Shown here piece by piece: positions 48,865 through 60,800 of a DNA stretch of 64,000 nucleotides. The stretch's first letter is position 1. Each line of letters begins with the position of its first letter. Source of the stretch: Paecilomyces variotii (lineage: Eukaryota); assembly GCA_004022145.1 (NCBI GenBank), contig RCNU01000001.1; one strand, written 5' to 3'. A program made the translations under genes and the position numbers. Under the pieces are notes generated by a model, which was given only the letters and a program-made list of their open reading frames with translations, had not been told where the DNA came from and made no database searches.

Positions 48865-49312
48865 TGTGCAGCTTCACAACGGTAGACTCAACACGCTGAG
48901 AACACAAAAGAGAGGAACACAGGACCCATTGTAGCTCCAGCTGTGTAGTTGCAAGACAAGATCGTGCCATCAGAATCTGAAATGGGCGGATCTTCGACGG
49001 AGAGCTGGTGGCCCAACGCGGTTTAGCGTGCTTCTCCATATCAGCTCAACTCGGATGCCGCGATCTAGTGAACCTCTAGTGAACCCCATCCTCTCCAGCC
49101 CATCCAAGCCCGTTTTATCTTGGAGCCTGTCACCGCGCTGGAAGCCTGACTACTTTCATCTTCTCTTTCACCTCACCCGCGGCCGTCGCGCGGATTCCTG
49201 GCCTCTCTTCAGTGTCCCGGGTGGAGATTGGAGAGCTTTGAGACAGTCCACCCATATCTAGTGTCTGCTCAGTCGAACTGTGTCTACCTGTCCTAACCGA
49301 GGGCGATTGAAA

Positions 49313-51209
49313 ATGGACTACTCCGCCATAAATAATGACCCTGATCACCCGACGGGCGCATCGCCTTGGGATTCTCCACGAGCTGATCGCACCACGTTTC
49401 CCGCCTCCGTCACCAGCGATATCCCCCCTTCCCCTTTGCCTCCGCAGGAGCAATCGCCCTACGGAGCGGATCAAGCCGCGCATCCTGAGGAGAGTCTGAA
49501 GAAGACAACCGATGCAGAGGACGATGAGTCGGACTCCCCGGATCTTTCTGAGCGCCTCCAGAGCGCACAGTTGGGAGATCCCGACTATGTCGAGCAACCG
49601 CCGTATGCCACGCGCGCACAGTATTCCCAGCATCAGAAGTCACAGACTCCCGCACGATACCAGACCGGGGCCAGACAACATGCAAGGCAAGCGCCAATCT
49701 GGAAGCTACAGGCAAAAATTACCGGCCTGGAGCGAACGGGCAAGAAAGATCCAATCTTACGTTTCGATGTCCATGTAAGGAATCAATTGGACCAGTCGCG
49801 TAACAGCGCAGTGAGCTAACTGCCTTTTTGGTAGACGAACATCCCCAAATTTAGAACGACGCAATATCGAGATGTCCGCCGCACCCATTCTGAATTCGTC
49901 AAGTTCGCTGAACATTTGATATCGAACAACCCTGAAGCTCTGGTCCCCGCAGTGCCGCCCCCATTGACTCCCGCAGGTGCCGGAACTGAAGAGGACGAGA
50001 TTCGTGTGAAGGCAAATATGCAAAGATGGCTCAACTACGTCTGTAGTAACGAGGTGCTGGTGCAAGATGATGAAACGGTGCTGTTTGTGGAAAGCGATTT
50101 CGGATACAGCCCTGTCGTGAGGATGAAGCAACCGGCAACAGGCGTACGCCGGAAGGTATTGAAGCAGTTTGCCCCACCTCCAGATGACACGCCGGAATTG
50201 CAAAACGCACGTCCAGTTGTCAAGATGTTCTATCTCGGTGCGATGGACGCTAGTCAGAAGGTTGACCGTGTGGTCAAGGCACGACGCGGTATGTAAAAGT
50301 GCCATTGTTATGATCTAGGCCCACTTACTAACCCCTGAGACAGGACTTGGTCTTGCAGAATCCGATTTTGGTGTGAAGCTGGGCCAGATGCATGTCCAGG
50401 AGACGCACACTGGACTGGCTAGCGCATATCGCAAGTTGGGAAGGGTAATCCAGACCGTTGGAGATTACCATGCAGCCCAAGGCACGGCGGAAGCGACCAC
50501 TCTTGGGGATCCTCTCAACTATCACTCTTCCGATGCATTTATCGTCAAGGAAACTCTGACAAACCGGCACATCCTCCTTCGAGAACTCATCCAAGCTCAG
50601 CAGGCTGCGCGAAGCAAGCGTGCCGCAGCAGACCGGCTGAAGGCTAGCTCTTCTGTCCGTCCGGACAAGGTGGATGAAGCGATTAGTTCCCTGGATGAAG
50701 CTCTCAGTCACGAGAATTACCTGACAAAGAAGACTCAGCGCGTGACTTCGCATCTTCTACAGGAGAAGAGACGCTGGTTCGATCGTACTACGAATGAACT
50801 TCTGGCGAGCATTCGCGAGTACACGCTCCGGCAGATTGAAGCTGAACGTCGTACTCTTAGCACTTTGGAGAGCGTTAGACCTGATATCCGTGCTATTGAC
50901 TCGTCTGGTGGCCTCAGCCGTTTGGGTCGGGAGGCGCATCCAGCAGCTCGTCGAGCAAGTCTTGCCTCCAGCCAGGGTCCCAAGGGGGACGCATGGAGTG
51001 GGGTTCCTCGTCGAGGGGACAGTTTGAGCCGGAGCATCACTGGCAGCTACGTGGCTCCTGTCCCAGATGATGAAGAAGTCAATGGAAATGGAGCGGGCAA
51101 AGGAAGAGTCCGCGCTCTGAGCGGAGTTGGCTCGATACCCGAAGAGGATGATGATGACCGTCTTGATGCACGCAATGCTGCCAGCCGCCTGGCTACGAGC
51201 ACCTTCTAA
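49313..51209 (+). CDS. VPS17: Retromer sorting nexin Vps17 (PX-BAR); 3 exons
   Basis: LQAKITGLERTGKKDPILRFDVH/TNIPKFRTTQYRDVRRTHSEF PX domain; helical BAR region; LDARNAASRLA tail. Confidence 0.92.
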
Positions 51210-53151
51210 AGTATATTGTAGCATATGAGTTTTACCACACGAGTGCATACTTGATTCCAGCATATCATATTTACGATCATTGAGCCAGTCTTGAATCACC
51301 TCGCTGCTTCCCTTTCTATTTATAGGCGACCAATCGAGCCAAGAAGTCGCATTATGTACATAGTTCGTTCCACTGCCATAGTGAAGCCTATTATACCCAT
51401 AGTTACCCGTTGTTATATCTGACATGGTCGCTCTGTCATTCAATCTCAGCACTCAGTTGAAAACTGCTTATTTGGGAGCAAATGAAGTTATCTGGTTAAT
51501 ACAATCTTTGACTCCACATGACGTATCTTTCCATCTATAATTCGCTGCTTATCCTATCTACCTGTAGTAAGGCGGCCAGCCTCTAGACCTTATGCCACTC
51601 GTCTAAAAAGACTAAACACTGTAATAGCCGGCAGGCTATTACGGGGTGGCACCCCTTATATAGTTATATTAAACTCTCGCGGATAGATGGACTGAGGAAG
51701 AAAACAAGCTGCGCGCGAAGTCGCACCGAATAGTTGCTCTTATCCTGGAGCAAACCGCCCTAGCCACGAGCGAATTCTATCACTTTCTTGGTCTCGCTAA
51801 TACTGTAAGTTAGACAAATATTAGCAAAATGTCTACTATAGTATTCAACAGAGACTGATCGATTTCTATAAAAAGAAACAGATTGCTGAGTACAAAAATA
51901 TAGGAAAGAAGAAGATAACCTACATTTCTTGTCAGTCACTCGGAGAATAAAAGAGAGAGGAAGGAGAAAGGAGGGCGGTTTTCTAATATGGCAAACTGAC
52001 TCTCAGACACAGAGCGGAACACAAAGCTGGAGGTTCGTGACTTTTCGGGTTTCGACCGACTCATTGCAATATAGAAATCAGAGGGGAAAATGCCACAGCT
52101 CAGTATATTAGCAGCTTTATATCAGAAAATGGGCCCTATATCCTGAAGAGCTGACCACGGAGAAACAGGTCCCAGAAACCCCAGCCAGGCGAAAGCCATG
52201 TCAAAGCCGACTGGTTACTATTCGTGTATTCTAGGATTAGCTGCTTGCAGGGATAAACAAATAAGTAGTAGATAATGTGCCCCTGATGAACAAATGGTAG
52301 GACGGTTATAATCGAACGGAGATATTAACCTCCATAATTAACAGAGAGTTTGCTCCCCACCATTGCTGGTTGTTTTTAGGTACGTAGGAGATGATCCTGG
52401 GAACACGGCATTCCACCTCCCAATCTATTGCTCAAACACCTGACGGGTTTCATAGGAATTAACGTTTATAGTCGGCCGCTACCCAAGGCCATAATTATTC
52501 AAGTCATTCTCGAAAGTAAGAGATAAAATATACTCCACGTGCAAGTGCCTCCTTGCCAGGATATATGATATTGCAGAAACGTGGGGTTCTTGAATAGATT
52601 TCATGATATAGAGTCCGGAGCTTGTGGAAGAGTATAGAGACGTATATTTATACCTTCAGAAAGCGAGGATACAGTGGAGATGGCCTGATTGTGCCCCAGT
52701 TCACACAGATCGAAACGCAACGAGGGGGGCAAGAGGGCGCCTCTGGGGTTCAGCTGGTCGAGGAGTAGTCGACAACAATGACATCGGCTTCCTCGTCATC
52801 ATATTTATCAAGCCTTAGAAAGAGGGATCTGCTCGTATATATGGGAGTACGAGAGAGGGGCAATCCCTCGGCGTGATGACTGGCATATGTCGATGAATGC
52901 CTGCCGCTCTTTCCCCCAGCATAATTGTCAATCTGCAGTTAATGACAGTGACCCTAATCCTTTGACTTGACCATGGAATCAGCGGGAGAGGCTACTACAG
53001 GAATCCAGCACTCAATACCTAGGTATTGGTTTCCCGCGTTCCCCAGGTTAACTAGTTCGTGAATAGGCCCCGGACTCGCTGCCACTTACGCGAGAGATGA
53101 AGGCTTTTCCCAGATTGAATCTGCGCTCGAACCTCTTGATTTTGCGTGATC

Positions 53152-53290
53152 TTCAATGAAATCTCCCCTTCACCGACAATGTACGATCCTTCACACTGGA
53201 TAGTCGATGGTGGTATTTAGTGAGAGTGATTGTCCTATCTTCTCCATTTCCACGGGGTACTCGACAGTGCATTGGTCAGAACCAAGAATA
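53152..53290 (+). pseudogene. Probable cytochrome P450 remnant (PERF-like and heme-binding motifs)
   Basis: NEISPSPTMYDPSHWI then a stop/frameshift, followed by PFPRGTRQCIGQN matching FxxGxRxCxG. No intact ORF around it. Confidence 0.55.
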
Positions 53291-53817
53291 CATCTTCCAT
53301 TCCACTGTTCTTTACCAGGAGATCCCAGTGCTTGTGCAAGACTATGGAATATGGTCCCGTGCGTCGGCAGGCATCATGAATCTCGCCGACGGAATAAATT
53401 TTAGAATCTACATTGTCCGGATTGAGACATGCCTCGGTTGGTATTTAGTGCACCTCCTGTGGCAATTTTTCTTGAAAATAATTCCACTTTTCACCTCATA
53501 GTCTAGCGATAATTCTCAGATATTTTCCCTTCTAGACGTCCTGTGTCCGTCGGCAAGATTGTTGCTCCGCGCTCCTATTTTGACTTTTCCATGATGTACT
53601 TAGATCTCCAGCACCGGGTACTTAGACTGTTGTTCCGTAACAGTCGGATTTAGAGCGCTATTAGAATTACGAGCATTCTCACAGCTCTACGAGGGTAGAA
53701 ATAGTGAATCTGTAATACTATCGGTCTTTGCGCCGTCCAGACTGTCCATCTGTCGCACAGGATCCATTCTTTCATTTCAAGAGATTCCCTTTCTGCATTG
53801 CAGAACTCCACAGAGCG

Positions 53818-55134
53818 ATGTTATCCCTTAATATTTCATCTTACTCGACACCATCTGGATATCAGATTTCGGAGTTGCCTAAGCCGCAGCTCGTCAACTC
53901 GAAAGATGTGATCATCAGGGTTTGTGCTGCTAGTATTAACCCAATCGACGTCAAAAGAGCCGCTGGCGCTTTGAAACTGGCAGTGAGAGACTCGTACGTA
54001 TTATCTCCCTCATCTGTGCACACGAGAGTGATAACCAAAGCAGGTTTCCGTATAAAATCGGGTATGATTGTGCGGGCATAGTTACAGAAACTGGACAGGA
54101 CGTGCACCAATTCAAAGTTGGAGATGCAGTCTATGCTAGACTACCAGAGATTTCCCGAGGTACGGATTAATCATGACTGTTAGCATGCCGTATCAATTGC
54201 TAATATATACAAGGCTCATGCAGTGAGTTTGTTAGATGTTCAGAAGAACATATTGGACTTAAGCCGCCTTCGTTGTCTTTTGAGGAGGCAGCTTCAATCC
54301 CACTAGCAGCAATGACAGCACTCCAGGCACTTCGGGAGTATCGTGGTGATCTTGCTGGGAAAACAGTATTTGTGCCTGCTGGCTGTTAGTTACCTACCTA
54401 GGACGGTCCTATATTTTGATTCATATGCTGATAATGTCTTAGTAAGTGGGACGGGTTTATTCGCCTGCCAGCTCGCAAAGAATGTATTCAATGCTGGGAT
54501 GGTCATTACCACGGTCTCAACTGCGAAAATTCCAAGGGTGAAAGAGCTTCTGGGTGAAAACACGGTAGATCAGAGTACGTCCGCATTTCCTTTATCTCTT
54601 CAACTTCTATGCTCTTTGTCGAACTCGGTCATTGACACCTCCGAAGTTATTGACTATACAAAATCCGACCCGAGAGATGTCATCGAACATGGCTCAATCG
54701 ACTTTCTTTTCGACACAGTTGGCCTTGCTATGGAATACTTGTGCTTGATGCGACCAGGATCTAGCCGTATCGTGTCCGTCGCAACTTTACCATCCGGTGA
54801 CCAGCTGCAGAGTTCGTCGCTCTTGGACCTACCTCATCACCCCATTATCCCACTTCCTTTCCGACTGGGGCTTAATCTACTAGATCATATTCGCAAGCTA
54901 AGAGCAGCACGTTACAAGACGGAGTATTCATACATGTTTCTGAAATCGAGTGGCAAAGATCTGGATGAGTTAAGGCGCTATATTGAAGAGGGCCGACTAA
55001 GAACAGTTGTGGGCACAACCGTGGATCTTCGAGATATTGAAGCAGTACGAAAAGCATGCGACGTCGTTTATAGCGGACGGGGCGGTCTAGGAAAGTTGGT
55101 GATTCGGGTTTCTGAGCCCGGGAACGTTTCTTGA
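53818..55134 (+). CDS. MDR-superfamily NADPH oxidoreductase (quinone reductase/RTN4IP1/Yim1-like); about 5 exons
   Basis: VIIRVCAASINPIDVK; FPYKIGYDCAGIV; LSFEEAASIPLAAMTALQAL; VFVPAGLSGTGLFA; GKLVIRV. Start codon is uncertain. Confidence 0.85.
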
Positions 55135-55965
55135 GTTTGGTTGTGTTTCTGCATCTCGAGATACTGTAGAGAGTCATCTTAGAAGAAATATAGTCGGGAA
55201 TATAAGAAAATGATATATCTCTTGTTACCAAATTTGTTCTTGGCCTATCCAGTTCAATGTATCGGATATACAATCTTCTCCCAGATGGCGTCCCTCCCTG
55301 TAGTGTATCGATGCGCAATAACGAGTAGTATAAGGATGGTGGATTTTAGAGTCCTGACCCCTCCATCTGCGTCATCGGGAGCTTGAAGAATCCACGAAAA
55401 TATTGCCTATTTGACTCGCGAGGTATCTTGCCATGCTGTATAGTAATATCTGCAAATAGAGTGTTTGTCAGTCATGCTTATAGTTAACTAAGTTATATCA
55501 TATAAAATAGAACATATGGTCGGCAATTATATCGGACACAATGCCGACATATTATTGTCTGGTTCTTCCTAGAGCTCCATCGCACCCCCACTTGTGGGCT
55601 TCGCCCACGGGTCCTGTTGCTGCTCGCGGTCTTCTCACTCGTCCGCTGACAAGAAAGACTGGAATATAGTCCTCTAACAGTCCTCTAAAAAGACGACATG
55701 TTAGAAGTCCCAGAGTGATCTAGGCGGTGACCCCACCATCGCTGGAATTGCCGATGCTCCTCGTTTCGCGATGGCGGAGAGCTTCCCCTCCGGCTTTCGA
55801 AGCTTTTCTAGCGGTCGCAGAGCCGATTTCAAAGCAGGCTCCAAGGTCCACTCGTGCAACGTTATTAGTATATATGTATGAGGGATCGCCCAGGTTCGGA
55901 TCTCAAGCAACACCTGATCTCTAGTGATATTGTGCTGTCGATTGTCGAGACGATTATTTGCAACA

Positions 55966-57101
55966 ATGGCTCCTAAGGTTTTCCTGTAAGTGAAATATAT
56001 CGATTGAAACCCCGGATGTTGCTAACCCCAGGATCTAGAACTGGTAGCACCGGCTACATCGGTGGCGAAGTTCTCTACGTTGTCTCGCAGGCCCATCCTG
56101 ACTGGGAGATTACGGCCCTTGTCCGCAGCAAGGAGAAGGCTGCCCAGATTACCAGCAAGTTCCCGAATGTTAAGATTGCCCACGGTGACCTCGACTCGAA
56201 GGACTTGATCGAGGAGGAAGTCAAGAACGCGGATATCGTCTATAGTCAGTGACCAGTTATACTTCCTCTTTTGAGCGAGAAGCTAACAAATTTCACAGAC
56301 TGCGCCGATTGTGACCACGTCGCATCCGCAGAGGCTATTGCCAAGGGCGCCACATACCACACTCCAGAGAAGCCTCTCTGGCTCATCCACACTTCAGGAA
56401 CTGGTATCTTGGCTGTGGAGGACCAGCGGGCGAAGAGCTATGGTATCGAACGGCCAAAGGAATACAACGACTGGGACGGCGTGCAGGAACTGTTTAACAT
56501 CCCCGACGACGCCCTCCACCGCAATGTGGACAAGATCATCATCGCTGCCGGCCTGAAGTCCCCGGACAGTGTGAAGGTTGGTATCATCTGCCCGCCCACG
56601 ATTTATGGAAAGGGACGCGGCCCCGTAAACACCAAGAGTATGCAGGCCTATATGCTGGCTGCTGCCGTCCTCAAGAACAAGAAGGGATTCCTTGTTGGAG
56701 AGGGCAAGAACATCTGGCACCAGGTTCACGTGCAGGATCTCAGCAAGGTGTATCTCGCTCTGGGAGACGCGGCTGCTGCAGGCGGTGGAAAGGCAACCTG
56801 GAACAACGACGGTGGCTACTACTTGGCTGAGAACGGTTCCTTCGTCTGGGGTGATGTTGAAAGGGCCGTGGCCAAGGTCGCCTACGAGAAGAAGCTCATA
56901 GACTCGCCTGAGGTCGAGCAGCTGAACTACGACCAGGTGGCGGCCCTCAACTCGTTCGGACCGTATGCCTGGGGAACCAACTCGCGTGGCCATGCCATCC
57001 GCGCCAGGAAGCTGTTTGGTTGGAAGCCGGAGCAGCCTACCCTCCTGGAGCTGATCCCTGAGATTGTCGATGTCGAGGCCAAGGCTGCTGGTTTGGCTTA
57101 A
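55966..57101 (+). CDS. Atypical/extended SDR, NAD(P)-dependent epimerase/dehydratase-like; 3 exons
   Basis: MAPKVFL/TGSTGYIGGEVL Rossmann GxxGxxG; IHTSGTG; ICPPTIYGKG; WHQVHVQDL; RARKLFGWKP. Confidence 0.9.
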
Positions 57102-57831
57102 TTTAGCTGGAATGGCGACATCGTATCCTATTAATGTAGCTACTATGCCGTGATACGCCTGTGGTAATGATATGAGTAATGACACATATTCCTCTTTCTT
57201 TAGTGTCCATTAGTAGTAGTAGCGAATTGCAATTTATACAAGCAAAGGATCATTACTGTTACTGCTTTCAAATAATGGTGAATGCGAGGACGCATTTAAA
57301 TACCTACTCAGGGCCGTCTGAAGAACAACAAACGAAGATCGGTGCAACACCTTATCTGATTCACTGACGAGAAGTCAATGAAATGTCAATACACGTGATG
57401 TGTCCACCTCAATAGACCATCAATAATGATATAGAATAACGATACCAATAGAGGATTGCAAACACAATAGTTAGTACAGTTAGAAAGCGCGGGTAGTGGC
57501 GGCGGAGCGCGCTAACGGCGGAACAACAAGCGACAGAAGCGCGAAGCGGTTCAGTTCTTTGGCGCATCTCCGATTCCAACAAAAGAAGCTCTCCAGCGGT
57601 CTGACGAACACATCTTTGCTAGCGAGTTGGTGCTTTTCTTTGCCTTTTCCTTGACATGGAGCTACTCCAGGTACTTTCTGACCCTATCCTCTCGTTCATT
57701 TCCCCTTTCCAGTTACTGACGATTCGATTCCAATCCAGTAAACGGTCGTCACTCATGAACCGCGCGAGCTTGTCGTCACAGGCACACCGGTTCCGTAGCT
57801 GAGCTTTTTCCTCAGTTGCCTGCCAGCTACA

Positions 57832-60800
57832 ATGGCTCCTGGAGCGGGCGGTAAGAGGAAGAGAGGTGATCGTTCTTGGTCCGGTGATTCGGGAAACGAT
57901 AATCAGAGACAATCTCCGCATCGGCCAGGAAATCTCAATCTAGCGCACTATCCACAGGGCCAACAGCCCAGTCAGCCTCGCGAATTTGGAGAGAATCGTG
58001 GAAGAGGAGGGCGCCGCTCGAGTCGCGGTGGTCGAATGCCCTCTGGTCGACGACCTAGCGATAGCCAGAATTCTGCGGAGACGCCCAAAGACACAGCTAT
58101 GTCTCCACCGGCAGCAACACCTGCGAAAGAGGTCTCCGATCCCATGCAGACAAACGGCGTCGCAGCGGCAGCGAAACCACTGCCGCCTCCATCGCCGAGT
58201 CCGGCGCCAACGCAGAATTCCTCCGCAGAACCTCCGCCGGCGCCGGTTCCTTATGCATACGAATACGCGACACAGGATGTCGTTGACAACTGGATGACGA
58301 CCGGCAAGAAGAGCCTGGTGGAGAAGGGAACTCAGGCGCGGTCTGAAGAGGATGCTATCACTTTGGCGGCTATCTTCCAGGAGTTGCTCAGATCGGCATT
58401 CGATGGACGGATACCGGCAACGGAAACGGGAACTGCTGTTAAAGAGATCATTGGTGAGGAGACCGTCTCTGAGGATGTTGATATGGCAGGTGGTATCGAG
58501 ACTGCAGGGTCTGGATTTGATCCTCGGTCGTTGTTCCTGGATGCGCTCTCCATCATGACCGATGGTGAAACCTCTAATCCTGCCTTGCGCCCCTTGGTCT
58601 TTTCTACAGCGATATCCCCCGCGCTCCTCCGCCTTGAGTTGGAGACGCCTTTACTCCAATCTTTGGGACTTGTTCGGGACACGTTTGCTCGTATGGGTAT
58701 TCGGAAACAGACGAATCTTCTTTACAGGCAGTCAAACTACAATCTTCTCCGGGAGGAGTCGGAGGGGTACTCTAAATTGCTGACGGAGTTGTTCACAACG
58801 AGTAACAATGAACCCCCTTCCAGCGAAGTCGTCGAGGATACATTCGAACGTGTCAAGGCTATGATTGGTGCCTTCGACATGGATGTTGGTCGTGCCTTGG
58901 ACGTTACGTTGGACGTATTCGCGGCTGTTCTCGTGAAGCAGTACCGCTTCTTCGTGAAATTTTTGAGAGCCAGTTCATGGTGGCCTCAGGAAGAGAATTT
59001 GCGCAATGGAGGCGGCATCAGACATTCAGGGCTTCCGAACTGGGCCCAGCCTGGCTTTACTGGATGGATAACTACTGACGAAGAGCGCGCTGAATTGACT
59101 CGAGTGAATGAGCAACGAGATAAGGTCTTCTGGGATCGAGTTAGGGAAGTTGGTATCCGTGCCTTCTTCGAAATAGGCCGGCAACCAACTGATTCGGATG
59201 TTCTGAAACACTCGATATCTGAGCTGAGCGGACGACCCGAGGATGAGGATGAGACAAAGAAATGGATCGAGGAAACGGGGACCTTGCCGCCGAAGGGCAA
59301 CAGAGTCGCTGCGCAACTGTTGGGATTCAAGCTACGATTCTATTCATCTCCTGCTCGCGACGAATCCGATGTGCTTCCCGACAATCTTATCTACCTAGCA
59401 GCACTACTCATTAAAGTGGGCTTCATCTCCCTTCGGGATCTTTACCCTCATTTATGGAGACCAGACGACATGATGGATGCTCTGAAAGAGGAGAAGATGA
59501 AGGAAAAGGCAGAAAGGGAAAGGGCCGCTAGACCTGGTGGAGGGATAAACGCTCTGATGATGGCTGGCGCTCTTGCAGATGATACTCTACCTGCGCCTCG
59601 TCGAGAGGCGGAAGCTCGCCCAGCAACGCCATCAAAAGAGCAAGAAGCAGAGAAGGCAAAGGATGAAGAAAAAGACGTTCTTCCGGAACCGTCAGACCAG
59701 AAAGTGCTGTTATTGAAGAGTCTATTAGCCATCGGAGCTCTCCCCGAATCACTCTTTATACTCAGTCGCTTCCCATGGTTGATGGATGTATACCCGGAGC
59801 TTCCTGAGTTCATCCATCGCATCCTACACCACTGTTTAAGCAAAGTTTATGGTGCACTTCGACCTCTGGCATCTTCGGATCACTTCAGGGAACAAAAGCA
59901 GATCACAAGTTCCGATCAATCTGGAGTCCCCAAGGGTCAGGTACGACTTACAGATGCTCCACCGAGGAGAGTGCTTCGATGGGCACAGCTTGACAAAGAA
60001 GATACGAATGATGGGACCGATTACCGGTTTTACTGGGATGATTGGGCAGATAACATTCCTGTCTGCCAGAATGTCGACGATGTGTTCGCACTGTGCTCGT
60101 CGTTCCTGAACGTTTCTGGACACAAGATTGGACAGGATCCTGCGCTCCTCACAAAACTCGCGAGAATCGGCAAGGACAGCCTGGGCAAAGACGACTCAGA
60201 GGCTAATAAGACTCGCTGGAGAGACCTCTGTAAACGTCTCTTGGTCCCTTCGTTGAGTTTGACGAAAGCCAATCCTGGTGTGGTGAACGAGGTATTTGAC
60301 CTTATCAGCCACTTCCCGCGAGAAGTTCGCTACAACATGTACGCAGAGTGGTATTCTGGACAGACGTCGCGGCTCCCAGACATCAAATCTGCATTTGACC
60401 AGGCTAGGGCAGAGACGAAGGACGTCTTGAAGAGATTGAGCAAGACGAACATCAGACCCATGGCGCGAGCCCTAGCGAAGATAGCGTATGCCAATCCTGG
60501 TATTGTTATCAACGTTGCTATCAGTCAGATTGAGTCGTACGAAAATTTGATCGAGGTTGTCGTGGAGTGCGCTCGCTATTTCACCTATCTCGGTTACGAT
60601 ATTCTGACCTGGTCTCTGATCAGCTCCTTAGGCCAGAAAGGGAGGAGTCGTGTTCAGGAAGGGGGTCTCTTGACAAGTCGGTGGTTGAATGCTCTAGCAA
60701 CCTTTGCTGGAAGGACGTTCAAACGATACTCGGTTATGAATCCAACACCAGTGCTGCAGTACGTTGTGGAACAGCTACGACATAATAATTCCACCGATCT

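Noticed and set aside
55594..55608. Small hairpin GTGGGC-TTC-GCCCAC in the SDR promoter
   Set aside because: A 6-bp stem is within chance expectation and has no supporting context.
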